Below, piece by piece: positions 15,977-30,597 of a DNA stretch of 64,000 nt. The stretch's first letter is position 1, and every line of letters starts with the position of its first letter. The translations under genes and the position numbers were made by a program. The notes under the pieces are model-generated. The model saw only the letters and a program-made list of their open reading frames with translations. It did not search any database and was not told the DNA's origin. Source of the stretch: the human T2T-CHM13v2.0 reference genome, Homo sapiens; the NCBI RefSeq assembly GCF_009914755.1, contig NC_060929.1; one strand, 5' to 3'.

Positions 15977-16877
15977 GTTTGTATAAACATGGCCAGATCG
16001 GTGGACCATTTGCAAACATGATCACTTCTCCCACTGTTCTTTGTCTAAAATGATTTTTTATAGCCACTTCGGTGGTAAATTCAACAATCAGTAGCCAGTC
16101 ATAAGTGTAGCTGCAGCCTGAGTATTGACGTGGCTTGATTTTACCTTTTACTCCTGCCCAGATACTTTTCCCATTAATCCAGGAAGATAGCATGGCATAG
16201 TCAAAAAAACAGGGGCTTTGGAGTTATGTGGACTTGCATCTGAATCCCAGCTTGCTATTTACTTACTGTGTGTGTGAGGAAGTTTACTTAACCTACCTCT
16301 GAGCTTTGGTTTTTCTCACCTATAAAATGGGAATTGTAATACCTCATAGGGAGTTGGTGAAGATTAGAATTATTACCTATAAAGAGTCTGGTATGTAGAA
16401 GGTAACCAGTAAGTGGTGACCATCCTTCCCCCTTCTCCTCCCTGACCAAAGGCCCCTCCCCTTTTCCTCCTCCTTCTTCCTCCTCCTCTTTATTCCCATC
16501 ATAATCATTATTAATACACAAAGAAGAAATGCTGGGGCTAGGAGAAGAGAACAGAATGTTTGGTAAATCGTAAAGCTGATAGTATTAGCAACACTAGCAA
16601 TTGTTCTGATGGATGCAGACAATACTGTGAGGTCTCCAAATCTTTTTACTCAAGATCTCATTTATCCTTCACTGTTATTCTAATGATAGCCAGTATGGGC
16701 TTATTATCCCCATTTGACAGATGGGGAACTTGAGGCTCAGGGAGATCACACAAGAAATGGCAGAGCCAGAACTGAAAGAGCAAGTACTTCTGCGTTTATT
16801 GCATGCTGTAGCCAAAGCTCTAGTCAGAGCTGCTAAAACGCTTCATAGCCACTTTCATTTAAAAAGTTAAGAGTTGT

Positions 16878-17253
<376 letters not shown>

Positions 17254-17397
17254 TTAATTCATTTAAGCAGTGGCATAATATGAGTAAAGAACATTAGTGC
17301 TGCTATCAGGAGACCTGGGTTCTAGTTCTAGTTTGGCCATTTATCCAGCACTGTCTGGAAGATTCCAAGAAGACAACTTAAGTCATGATAATGTCAT

Positions 17398-17584
17398 TTC
17401 CCTCTCCTCCCCTCTGCTTCCCTCCCCCTTTCCTTCTCTCCCTTTCCTCTTCCCTCCCCTCCCTTTCTCCTCCCCTTCCCCTCCCCTTCCCCCTCCCCTT
17501 CTCCTCCCCTTCCCTCCCTCTCCCCCTCTCCTCCTCCTCCCTCTCCCCCTCCCCTTCCCTTCTTTTTCCTCCTTCCTTTCTCCA
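17398..17584. repeat. C/T-rich polypyrimidine low-complexity tract
   Basis: About 185 bp almost exclusively C and T. Confidence 0.95.
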
Positions 17585-17599
17585 ATGAACAGATATTCT

Positions 17600-18460
17600 C
17601 TTAGATGCAAGGAATAAATATAACAACAAATAAACGATTTTTTCCCCTGCCTTTGTGGAGCTCATATTCTAGTAGAAGAGAATAATTAAAAACAAATACA
17701 TACATGAAATAATTACAGGTGTTATTAAATGTTAGAAAGGAGCTAAGGTGGAGCCAAAATGAGGCTTAATAGAGACCTAACTTAGGGCCCTCAGTGAAAG
17801 AGAAGAGCTGTTTAACCTGAGTTCTGAAGACTGGGAAAGAGCCAGCCAAAGCAAAAGGAGTCGGGGTAGGGAAAGGGCAGCATTTCAGGCAGGAAACATC
17901 ATGGGCAGAAGAGCTGGTGCTGGAGAGAATTCAGAAGGTTTTAAGAATGGAAGGAAAATAGTTGTTACTGAAGCTTAGTAGGTGGGGAGTGTTCTTAGCT
18001 GAGGTGTGAGAGAGACATAGCCCAAACCATTCAGCACCTATAGGCCCAGGAAGTAGTTTGACTTTTAAGTGCAACAGGAATCCTTTGAAATATTTTCTAA
18101 GCAAAGGGAGCTCCATAATCTGATTTGTGTTTTAAGGATACGAATGGAGCTCCTGTGTGGAGCATGGGAACAGAGAGGAAAGCCAGGAGCCCAGTTAAGA
18201 GGCTATAACAATGATTCAAGCAAGAGTTGAGTGGCTTTGAATAGGAATGATGACAATATATATGGTAAGATGTGGACAGGTGGATGGTATATTTTGAGGT
18301 AGACACTAAAGGACTTGCTGATGGGTTGACTGTAGGGAGGAACGGGCATGGATAAATCAATGATGACCACCACAAGTTTGGGCAAGGCCCTTGGTAGTTG
18401 AAGAAGGCTGGGTTTGGGGTATGGGAATAACTGGTTCCGTTTTGGACATGTTAGGTCCTA
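17600..18460 (-). mobile_element. L2 LINE
   Basis: CCCCTGCCTTTGTGGAGCTCATATTCTAGT...GGTAGACACTAAAGGACTTGCTGATGGGTTG...TTTGGACATGTTA antisense L2 motifs. Confidence 0.75.
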
Positions 18461-18958
18461 AAGAAAAAGCAGAGTGACAATGTGGAACAGTGAAATCAAT
18501 AGTGGGACATGGATGTGAAGACCTTGTATAAAGTTCTGGAGCCACCATTAATTTAGTGAGTGGTCATAAGTGCTTTTCTCTCTCTGGGTTCTAGTTTCCT
18601 CATTTATACAATGAATGGGTTGGATTTGATGCTATCTTGCACTTGTCCTAGCTTTGACATTTCATGATTCTAATAACAAGCTCACTTGTCATTCATGAGT
18701 CTATCTAAATCTGTGTACATCTGTTTATAATTGAAGTCTCTCCCATGTCTTTTAAGCCACTGACTTTTTACTACACAAGTGCAGCTTTCTTACATATGTG
18801 CTTAGGAATCTTTAGAGGTATTCAGATGAGGGCGTTTCATTGACTCCTCCAGAATTGGGTACCAGAGTACAAACCAGAACTTTGGTTCTAGTGCTGCCAC
18901 CCATTTGTTACTTCTGGATTTCTGGGCAGCATCTCTACTGCTTGTTTAGATCTTAAAT

Positions 18959-19131
18959 CAATGGTTCCCAAACTTAGCTGTACGTTGAAATCGCCTGAGG
19001 ATCTTTAAAAAGTGGCCATGCCTGACTCCATTCCCCAGCCATTCTGATTTAATTAGGATGTAGCCTGAGTATTGAGAGAGCTAAAAGTTCCCCAGGTGAT
19101 TGTAGCATGCAGCAGAGTTTGAGAACCACTG
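18959..19131. mobile_element. MER5A-type hAT MITE
   Basis: CAATGGTTCCCAAACT...AGTTTGAGAACCACTG inverted termini. Confidence 0.8.
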
Positions 19132-19288
19132 TGTTAGCGGCTAATTAAGGTGCTAGCTGATAATTAAGGTGTGCACGGATAAATGTCCAGCTAACAGAAA
19201 GAACTTAAGCAATCACTCTCCTCTCAGGATTTTAGAAGTTCCTTAAAGCCCTAAGGACTTAAAGGACAGGAATATTGGAGTGGTAGGG

Positions 19289-19651
19289 TGTATTAGTCCA
19301 TTCTCCAGCTGCTATGAATAACCGAGACTAGGTAATTTATAAAGGAAAGAGGTTTAATTAACTCACAGTTCCACATGGCTGGGGAGGCCTCAGGAAACTT
19401 AAAATCATGGCAGAAGGGGAAGCAAATACATCCTTCTTCACATGGTGGCAGGAGAGAGAAATGTAGAGCAAAGTGGGGAAAACCCCCTTATAAAACCATC
19501 AGATCTCATGAGAACTCACTCACCATCATGGGAACAGCATGGGGGAACCACGCCCATGATCTAATCACCTCCCAGGAGGTCCCTTCTCCAACACATGGGG
19601 ATTAAAATTCAAGATGAGATTTTTGGGTGGGGTCACAGTTAAACCATATCA
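19289..19651 (-). mobile_element. THE1/MSTA MaLR solo LTR
   Basis: TGTATTAGTCCATTCTC...AAACCATATCA; TSD TAGGG/TAAGG. Confidence 0.9.
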
Positions 19652-19817
19652 TAAGGCAAGAAAGCTATTACTGTAGGAAAAGGGACAGTTACAGGTCTTG
19701 TCTGGTGACAGTGTGCCACAGATCTACTTTTCTGCCATTTCCTCTCCCATCTCCCTTTAATAGATTTTAGACTTTCATATTATATATTTTGAATCAGAAT
19801 CTTGCTATATTAGTTAA

Positions 19818-20125
<308 letters not shown>

Positions 20126-23100
20126 TTAGAAACATATTCTATCACTCCCATGTCTGTGACCATAGCAGAAATTAGCAATCAATCATAGAAGTTGTTCCTC
20201 CTGGGCCTGGATGTGGCTTCACAAGTTCTCACAGCCACTGTACCAGTGGGTCAGACTCTAAACCGAGGAATACACATGTACACACGCAGATACATGGGTG
20301 TGTGTGTTTGTGTGTGTGTGTGTTTGTTTTAATATTATAAGGCCCTATATTCCTGATGGTGACTTTGAAAAAAATCACTTGTGCTCTGTGGTCTTAAGTT
20401 TTTTTTTTTTTTTATCTGAAAGAGGAAATTTGGATTCTTTAGTCTACTAGTTGGAAAAGCACAAGAGGCCTGTCACTGCAGTGGTGTTTTCTGGGGCTCA
20501 AGTTAACAAGAGACAAATCACAGATTCAATCAAAAGCTGCATGTGGAAGGCTCAATACCATTTTTTGAGAAAAGGAAACCTTGGGGTTATTCATCTTCAC
20601 CTCATAGGAATCAAGCAGAAATAGAAATTACCTTTCAGGAGAAGGAATATATAACTTACAGCTTTTTGAGATCGGTTTTACATTTATTTTTTCTTATTCA
20701 ATCTAGTTCCTTTATGGAACATAAATTAACCTTAAAGAGTAGCACTGGAGAAGAGTGAAAGATTATTGCATTTTCTCTCTCTCTACAATTTAAAGTTTAA
20801 AAATCATAGTTATCTTCTTTTTATTTATCAAAGGCTATGAACTTCCAGAGCATTGGTGAAAGCAACCAAAGAGGGATGAACAGTGTTTCATAAAGGATGA
20901 GGGCTTAAATCTCCTCACTCCTCTCTGAAATTCCTTCTCTGCCTACAGGTTCTCCTCTTTGGAAGGCGTATTGCTGCCTGAGAAAGACCCAGGCAAAAAT
21001 TTGCATCCCAGCCCTCAGGATTCCAGGTCTTTCTTTATCAGAGGCTGGAAAATATTTCGGCTCCCCTACCCTATCAGCACAGAATACAGTGAATAGGGTC
21101 AGACTTTGGAGCCAAATGTGGGTTCCCATCCCACTTACTTCATGCTTGTTGTGTAGAGTTGGACAGCTCAGCCTCACTGAGCCTTGGTTTCTGCTAATAA
21201 AGAAGCTAGTAAAGCCTGTTTCTCAGAAGTTTGAAAGTCAAGGGCCAAACAGAGGGCATGGCCTGGGGTAGATGCTCTCCTTAGAAAAACTATCCAAGAA
21301 AACCTGCTCATAGCATAACAGTAATGACCTGTTTCAAGCTTAACATGACAGATACTTTTCCTTTCCTGGTAACTAGAGGACAAAACTCTCAGTGGCCATG
21401 CCTTCTTGGTGGAAGGTAAATTTCCTCAGCTGTCATCAGGCTACATAGGGACTCCCTTTTGTCAACCTCTAGAGATCCGCCCTTCTCTCTATGTGTCTCT
21501 GGAGGGGTTGCCAGTCATAGGACCCTTCACTCCTTTACCACAGGAGAGGACAGGTGGCCCAAGCCAGACCAGCCATGTTCTCCTTCCATGCTCTCCTCTA
21601 AAGCTTGATGCATGATGGGAACACTCTTGCTGTAGTCAGGTTGAAAAGCAAGAAGCTAGAACAGGGTTATCATAAGGCTGTTTGAGAAACGACAGTTCAT
21701 GAATTCCTTCCATGGAGAACTCCAGACTCTCCTTTCCTGACTTCACAAGACCATGACATTCATAAAACTCACTCATCCTCCAGTTCCAAACACTACCCTG
21801 TGTCATCCCATTGAGCTCTTCTTTTTCATGAGAGAATTAGGAGTAGTGTCTGTTGCCGGCAAAGAACCTGACTAGTATATGATGGAAGTTTCCCAACATG
21901 GATGAGGGTCTTCCCTTTTAACATAATATGACTACATTTACTAATTAATTCCTGAAAAGCAAAGGCTATATACTTTTGCTTTTATACAAGTATTGAATCT
22001 ACTAGTGTAGACATGGTATCTTGGAGCCAAGAGGGGCCCCAGAGGATATCCAATCTAAAGTCTTCATTAATAACTAAAACACCTGAGGGCAGAGATTGAG
22101 TGTGACTTGGTCTTTGTCCCACAGTCATTTGGTGGCAGACCTGGGTTTCAAATTTAGGTCCCCTGACACTGAGCCTTGTACTGTTTTACCTCTTGTCATC
22201 CTTATGTTTGCGGACTTAATGCTTTGAGCTCAGCACCCACAAGACCACAGTAATAGCTTGTATCCTCCTGAAAGCTAACAAGATTTCTTTCTCCTGCATA
22301 TAATCCACACCTGTGCCCTAGACCAGGTTTCTGGTCTGTTTCAGGCTGCTGGTCGGAAGAGGGGATGGGGGCTAGTGTGAGAGAGTGACATTGAATTTAT
22401 ACAGCACAGACCAGTATACAAGCAACAGTTCCGAAGCTCCACTGAAGCATGGCCTTTGCACAAGAGAGTCACGTACTTTGAATTTCTTCTTTACCAGGGA
22501 TATTCTGAGCCTAATCAATACTTTATCTTCTCTATCCAGAAAGCCTTTCTACTTTCAAAAGTAGAAGGCTTCTACTTTTGAAATAGCAAAAAGTGGGAGA
22601 GAAATTCACTCAACACTAAAAGAAATAGAGAAAACAATTTGCTTTTCCCTTTACAGATTTCAGAGAATCTTGAAACAAAACAAAAACAATAGACAAAAAA
22701 AAGCATAAGAGCAATCACTGGGCCTTTTTTTGTAAGCAGCAGGAAAGAGGAAGGAGAATAGCTTGAGTGGGCCTTGTTTTAATAAAGTGAGATGGGGCTT
22801 TTAGTGTGACATGTTTAACCAAGGCAAAAGAACAAAAACACTGGCTAAAAGCTATTGAGCACTTACTGTGAGGCAGGCACTGGCTTCAGCGTTATTTGTG
22901 CTCCACAGCCATTTTGGGAGGAAGTATTCCCACTTTAGAGATGGGGAAACTGAGGGTCAGAAAACTGAGTTCATTTGTCCAAGGTCATACAGCTAGTAAG
23001 TAGTGGAGCCACGCTTGAAACTAGGGTGATTTAAACTCCAGTCCCTTATCCAGTATGCTTTACCACATCCTAACCACAAAAGGAATGTGTCCATAACATG

Positions 23101-23935
23101 TTTTTGAAATCTGCAACAAGCCAGAAAATTCCTTCTTTTTGCATAAATAAATTAGGATAGAGATCCGACTTTGCAAATTTAATCATTCCTTTTTCTTTCT
23201 CACCTGAACCAACCTTTACCAAGTGCTTGGAAAAGGCCACTTAAATACATAGCCCAAGAAAAATGTATCTTTATGATTAATATTTGTTAAAATGAGGAGT
23301 GACATGGTAATAAAATGGAAAGGTTTGGGGGCCTTTGGGAAAATCCATCTGACTGCAGGCTGTGGTTTCAGTAATGATGCTGCTACTTTCCGGTCATGAA
23401 GGTAATGTTTTTTGATGCAGGTGGAATTATTAACAAGGTGAATATATCTGCCTGGAGGGTGGAGGGCTAGAAAGAAACTGCCTGTAGGAAAATGGCTCAG
23501 GGTGGGAGGCCACATGTCTTTCCTTCTTCATTTTCAGAAGGTATGAAAATTTCACATGCTGGGAGTGGTTTGTTCTCTCTCCTTTCTCCTGCTCTCATGG
23601 TAACTCATTCAATGGCATGTGTGTATTTGTGCCTGGAAAGGTAGGAGGACAGGAAGAATACCAGAAGAGAGGCAAGATGAAATCGAGGAATGTATATACT
23701 TAAACCATTTTCTCCAATGTCCAGTAGTTTAGGTCAGGTTATTCTTCCTATTACTCACCTGTAGGGCTGACTTGCCTGGCAAGTGGAGTAATAGCAGCTA
23801 GGGGATACTGGACAGCAGTGAAAAGGGGTTAGGGTTTATGTGATGATGTAAGGCCAGAGGACCCAGGAGTATACAAACCCTGCTTTCACCCAGTTATTTC
23901 TCTTTTGATAAGCTTCCTAAAAAAAAAGTAAAAAT

Positions 23936-24465
23936 AAATACCATTTGACCCAGCCATCCCATTATTGGGTATATACCCAAAGGATTATAAATCATGCTGC
24001 TATAAAGACACATGCACATGTATGTTTATTGTGGCACTATTCACAATAGCAAAGACTTGGAACCAACCCAAATATCCATCAATGATAGACTGGATTAAGA
24101 AAATGTGGCACATATACACCATGGAATACTATTCAGCCATAAAAAAGGATGAGTTCATGTCCTTTGTAGGGACATGGATGAAACTGGAAACCATCATTCT
24201 GAGCAAACTATCTCAAGGACAGAAAACCAAACACCACATGTTCTCACTCATAGGTGGGAATTGAACAGTGAGAACACTTGGACACAGGGTGGGGAACATC
24301 ACACACCAGGGCCTGTTGTGGGGTGGAGGAAGGGGAGAGGGATAGCATTAGGAGATATGCCTAATGTAAATAATGAGTTAACGGGTGCAGCACACCAACA
24401 TGGCACATGTATACATGTGTAACAAATCTGCATTTTGTGCACATGTACTCTAGAACTTAAAATAT
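23936..24465 (+). mobile_element. 5'-truncated L1PA (L1PA5-like) 3' end, about 530 bp
   Basis: ORF 23965-24264 is the ORF2p C-terminus; perfect 17-bp TSD AAAAAAAAAGTAAAAAT at 23919-23935 and 24466-24482. Confidence 0.93.
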
Positions 24466-25204
24466 AAAAAAAAAGTAAAAATTACACTATTAGCTGGTTT
24501 TGAACTTAAACTCCAAAGTAAGAATGAACTGGGCCAGGTGTTTGTGTCCTCTTGTTGAGGCCAGAGGCAGCCCGGAGGAAAGTGAAAGAAGTCCAAATGA
24601 CCTACTTTCCCTCCAAACTTAGGTGCCTGCCCATTCAACACTATGAAAACTTCCACCTGCTGATAAAGAAAGAAGCAGACATCAATGGAAAGACAGCATC
24701 CTGCTCCCACTGTCTCTTCAAGCTCTTCCAGGCTGGATAAAGCTCAGGCCTGACTACTCTGCCAGAAAAAAAGAAGACATCCAGAGATGTGGACATGGCT
24801 GGAGAGAGATCCTCCAGGAAGTGGTATCAAGTCTGTGTGTCTCTTTGAGAGCACCACCTCCAGAAAGAGCAGCTCAATCAGTTTTCTGGACTCTGACCCA
24901 CCAAATAATCATGACTTTCTCTGTGTGTTTGTGTGTGGCAGGGTAAGTGGGTGGGGCAGATTTAATGCCTTCCATCCTCGATGGGGAGACAGGAGCTGCA
25001 GAGGCACCCAGAAGTTACTGACACTCCCCGTTGTCTCCTCCCCAATCAATGCTTCTTCATCATCTTCTGCCCCAGTTTTGTCTTTCTGGTGGAATGTGGT
25101 GGTCTCTCCTTTTACTCTATTCTGAATTTGCTGTCAGAATGGTTTTCCTGAAGCACAACTTTGATTACCTCACTAAATGCTCAAAAATACTCCATGGCTC
25201 TCAC

Positions 25205-25411
25205 TGGAGCAGTGGCAGGCAGTCTGGCCCTCCTGTTTTTGTAAATAAAACTTTATAGGAATACAGCCACACTCATTCATGTACATATTAGCAATGGTGC
25301 TCTCATGCTACAAAGTCAGAGTGGAGTAGTTGCAACAGGGAATACATGACCTGCAAAGCCTAAAATATTTACTATCTAGTCCTTAATATTAAAAAATTTG
25401 CCAAATCCTGG
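25205..25411. mobile_element. MER58A hAT MITE
   Basis: TGTTTTTGTAAATAAAACTTTATAGGAATACAGCCACACTCATTC...GCCTAAAATATTTACTATCT. Confidence 0.8.
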
Positions 25412-26491
25412 TTTAGAGAAATATGTCCAAACATCTGTTCCTGGCATTTGAGGTACTTGTCAGTCTGGGCCCAATAAATCCTTCTTGTCTTGTCTGCTCC
25501 TGCTCCCCTTCAAGTGCCTCATGTCCCAACCAAAAGAGAATCCCAACTTCATACCTTTTTGGTAGTTTTTGTACTTTTTTTATTGAATTCTAACACACAT
25601 ATAGAAAAATACACATATTTTAAGTGTATAGCTTGATGAATTTTCACAATGTATGTATCCTAATAACACCCAAATTAAGAAACAATATTTATTACCCGTA
25701 CCCTAGAAGCCCTCCTCATGCTCATTTCTATCCTGATTTCTAACACTGTAGATTAGCTGTAGCTCTTTTTGAGTTTAATATAAATACCAAAGTAAGTATT
25801 TCTTTTGTTTGGCTTCTTTTGTTCAACAATAGGTTTGTGAAATTCATCCACATCATCACATGTAGTTGTTGTGTATTCATTCCCAGTGCTGTATTCCATT
25901 TTGTGTTTCATTATATCACAGTTTATTAATTCTATAGTTGATAGGCATTTGGATAGTTTCTAATTTGGGGCTATTATAAACAATGCTGCCATAAACACCT
26001 TTTTACGTGTCTTGATTAGCATATGTATGCATTTCTATTGGGTTATTACCTAAGTATGTCATTGTTGAGTCATAGGGTAAATACTACCAAAATGCTTTTC
26101 AATATATTTATACTAATATATACTCCTATCAGGAATGCTTGAGAATTCCAGTTGCTATTCAAAATCCTGGCCAACATTTGGGTTCTGGTTGGTGGTGCTT
26201 TTTTCTCTTTTAGCAATTCTGGTAGATATATTACAGAATCGTGTTGTGGTTTAAGTCTGCATTTCCTTAAACTCTAAGAGGTAGAGCACCTTTTCATAAA
26301 TATTGGCCATTTGGATATCTTCTTGTAATGTGCTTTTTTAAGTCTTTGCCTTCTTCCCTTTCCGATTGTCGTTTCTTATTTATTTGTATAAAACTTTAAT
26401 ATATTTTGGCTCTGAGTCTTTTCTCAGATAGGCATATTATACATATTGTCTCTTATTCTATGGGTTGCCTTTTCACTGAAGAGTTTGGTAA

Positions 26492-26834
<343 letters not shown>

Positions 26835-27049
26835 AATTTATTTTTTTCTTTATGATTAGCACTTTTGATCCTGTTTAAGAAATTTTTGTCATTTTCAAAA
26901 TTATGAAGATATTCTCAAATTTTCCTATGAACTTTTTTTCCTACCTTTAGATTTTAAATCTGGAAATTATTTTGTATATAAATATATACATATACTATAA
27001 GTAGGAGGTCAAGTTTTTTCCCATATGGATATTTAATTCGTATACCTTC

Positions 27050-30000
27050 TTAAATTTTAATTTTTTTTTAGATTTAAGAGGTATATGTGCAGATATGTTA
27101 TGTGGTTATCTTATATAATATTGGAGTTTGGGTGTCTATTGAACCCTTCACCTAAATAATGAACATAATGTTACCAGGGGTGAATCTGCATGGGTCTGCA
27201 TAGATCTTGATCCTTGCCTCCTCAGAGAAAGAATTCAGCTGAGGGGTAGAAGTAGGTTTAAGGCAGAGGGAGAGGCCAAGGCAAGTTCGAGAACAGGAAT
27301 GAGAGTTTATTAAACAGTTTTAGAGCAGGAACAAAAGGAAGCAAAGTGCACCTGGAAGAGGGCCAAGTGGGTGGCTTGAGAGATTCAAGTGCCCCATCCA
27401 GACCTTGACTTGGGGTTTTATACATTGGCATGGTTCTGGAGTTTGTGTTTCTTCTCTCTTGAGACTTCCCTTGGGGTGGGCTGTCCATATCAGCAGTGGC
27501 CTGCCAGAACTTGGGAGGGGCCGCATGTACAGTGTATTTACTGAAGTTGTGCACATGCTCACTTGAGGTGATTTTCCCTTACCAGTCAGGCATTCCCAGA
27601 GGTAGGTCATATACCAGTTAAACTCTACCATTTTGCCTCTTAGTGTGCATGCTTGAGCCCACTCACCCAACTCTTGAAACCTTATTGGGAAGCTGCTGAT
27701 CACTAGCTTCAGGTATTTTCTATCTATTGGAAGACTGTCTTTCCCTGGGGCTGGCTACAACTGATGATCATTTTAGAGAGACAGTTGAATAACTGCCTGA
27801 CCATCACCTGATGGTCACCTGACATTCCTCGGTGGAGGCCATCTCCTGCCCTGCTCCTGTCTGCCTAGCTACCTACTGTAACAATAGTACCCAATTACCC
27901 AATAGGTAGTTTTTGAGCCCTTGTTCTTCCTCCATCCCCCACTTCTGGAGTCCCCAGTGTCTATTATTTCCATATTTATGTCCATGTGTACTCATTGCTT
28001 AGCTCCCACTTATTAGTGAGAGTATGTGGTATTTGATTTTCTCTTTCTATGTCAATTCATTTAGGGTAATGGCCTCCAGCTGCATTCATGTTGCTGCAAG
28101 AGACATGGTTTCCTTCTTTTTTATGGCTATGTCATATTCCATGGTGTGTATCTACCATATTTTCTTTATCCAGTCCACCACTGATGAGCCCTAGATTGAT
28201 TCCATAATTTTGCTATTGTCAATAGTGCTGTGATAAACATGCAAGGGCAGGTATATTTTTGATAAAACAATTTATTTTTCTTTAGGTAGATACCCAGTAG
28301 TGGGATTCCTGGGTTAAATAATAGATTTATTTGTAGCTCTTTCAGAAATCTCTGTACCATTTTCCATAGGGGTTAAACTAATTTACATTCTCACCAAGAG
28401 TATATAAGCATTCCCTTTTCTCTGCATCCTTGCCAATATGTTATTTTTTTACTGTTTCATAATAGCCACTTTGGCTGGTATGAGATGATATCTCACTGTG
28501 GTTTTAATTTGCATTTCTCTGATGATTAGTGATCATAAGCATTTTTAATATGTTTCTTGGCCACTTGTATGTCTTCTTTTGGGAAGTGTCTGTTTCATGT
28601 CTTTTTCCCACATTTTAATGGGGCTGTTTGTTTTTTTTCTTGTTGATTTATGTGCCGTATAGTTTCTGGATATTAGTCCTCCATCAGATGCATAGTTTGT
28701 AAATATTTTCTCCCCATTCTGTAGGTTTTCTGTTCATTCTGTTGATTGTTTCTTTTGCTGTGCAGAAGCTCTATAGTTTAATTAAATCCCGTTTGTTGAT
28801 TTTTGTTTTGTCACATTTGTTTTGAGGTCTTAGTCATAAATTCTTGGCCAGAATCAATGTCCAGAAGAGATTTTCCTAGGTTTTCTTATAGAATTTTAAT
28901 AGTTTGAGATATTACATTTAAGTCTTTAATCTATCTTGAGTAAATATTTATATATGGTGATAGATAAGGGTCCAGTTTCACTCATTCTTCTTCATATGGC
29001 TAGCCAGTTTTCCCAGCAAAGTTTATTGAATAGCATGTCCTTTCTCCATTGATTATTTTTGTCTACTTTGTCAGAGATCAGTAGATGTGTGGTTTTATTT
29101 CTGGGTTCTCTATTCTGTTCCCTTGATCTATGCGTCTATTTCTGTATGAGTACCATGGTTTTTCAGTTACTGTAGTCTTGTAGCATAGTTTGAAGTTGGG
29201 TAATCTGATGCCTGTGTATTTTTTTTTTTTTTTTGCTTAGTATTGCTGTGGCTATTTGGGCTCTTTGATTCCATGTAAATTTTAGAATTTTTTTTCTAGT
29301 TCTGTAAAAACTGATGTTAGTAATTTGCTAGGAATTACATTCAATCTGTAGATACTTTGGGAAGTGTGGTCATTTTAGATATCAGTTCTTAAAATCCATG
29401 AGGATGGAATTCTTCTTCATTTGTTGGTGTCATCTATTATTTCTTTCATTAGTGTGTTGTAGTTCTCATTGTAGTTATCATTCACCTCCTTGGTTAAATG
29501 TATTCTTAGGTATTTTATTTTTTTGTGGCCATGATAAATGAGATTGTGTTCTTGATTTGGATCTCAGCTTGAATGTTATTGGTGTATAGAAATGCGACTG
29601 ATTTTTATACATGGATTTTGTATCTTGAAACTTTACTGAAGTCACTTATCAGTCCTAGGAGGAATCTTTAGGGTTTTCTAGGTATAGAATCATGTCATCA
29701 GTGAACAAAGATCATTTGACTTTCTCTTTTCCTATTTAGATCCCTTTTATTTCTTTTTCTTGCTTGATTTCTCTGGCTAGTATTTCCTATGTTGAATAGA
29801 AGTAGCAAGAGTGGACATCTTTGTCTTCTTTTAGTCTTTATGGGAAATGTTTCTAACTTTTTTTCCATTCAGTGTCATGTTGGCTGTTGGTTTGTCATAT
29901 ATGGCTCTTATTATTTTGAGGTATGTTCCTTCCGTGCCTAGTTTGTTGAGAGTTTTTATCATAAAGGGATGTTGAATTTTATTAAATGCTTTTTCTGTGT

Positions 30001-30268
30001 CCATGGAAACAATCGTATGGTTTTTGTTTTAATTTTGTTTATGGGATAAATTGCATTTATTGATTTGCTTATGTTGAACCATCCTTGCATCCCAGGAATT
30101 AAGCCTACTTGATCATGATGAATTGTTATCTTTTTGATGTGGTGCTAGATTTAGTTTGCTTGTATTATGTTGAGGATTTTTGTGTCTATGTTCATCAGGG
30201 ATATCAGCTTGTAGTCTCTTTTTTTTTACTGTGTCCTTACCAGATTTTGGTATCAGGATGATACTGGA
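27050..30268 (-). mobile_element. L1PA15/16-like LINE (3' about 2.5 kb), interrupted by LTR9
   Basis: Antisense 3'UTR and degenerate ORF2 (ORF 28166-28360 resembles the ORF2p C-terminal region). Confidence 0.85.
27169..27883 (-). mobile_element. LTR9-like ERV1 solo LTR
   Basis: Minus strand begins TGTTACAGTAGGTAGCTAGGCAGACAGGAGCAGGGCAGGAG; TG..CA ends; 4-bp TSD ATAA/ATAG. Confidence 0.85.
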
Positions 30269-30475
30269 CTGATGTGTCACCATTGTTATTTATCAGTTTG
30301 CTATTTTCTTGCATAAATACTGGGCAAGGAAATTGCTCTCTGTATTAAAAGAGTATGTCATTTACAATAGCATCAAAACTTCCACATTCAGAGGAATAAA
30401 CGTAAAAAAAGACATGTAACCCACTTCATGAAAAACTATAAAATATCATTGGGAAAAACAAAAGATAAAAAAATT

Positions 30476-30597
30476 ATAGTATATATATATGTATATATGT
30501 AGTACATATGTGTATGTGCATATGTGTATGCACATATATACATAATATATAGTGTGTGTATAGAAATACATATGTCTATATTTTATATATATATATA
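30476..30597. repeat. (TA)/(TG)-rich degenerate microsatellite
   Basis: ATATATATATGTATATATGT... tract. Confidence 0.85.

Noticed and set aside
17297-17665. Pro-rich and Gly/Arg/Glu-rich ORFs
   Set aside because: Artefacts of the C/T tract
20399-20830. Poly-T followed by unique sequence, possible processed pseudogene or exon cluster
   Set aside because: No polyA signal at the expected distance, no TSD and no recognisable coding content; the donor-like GTAAGT/GTAATT on minus is insufficient alone
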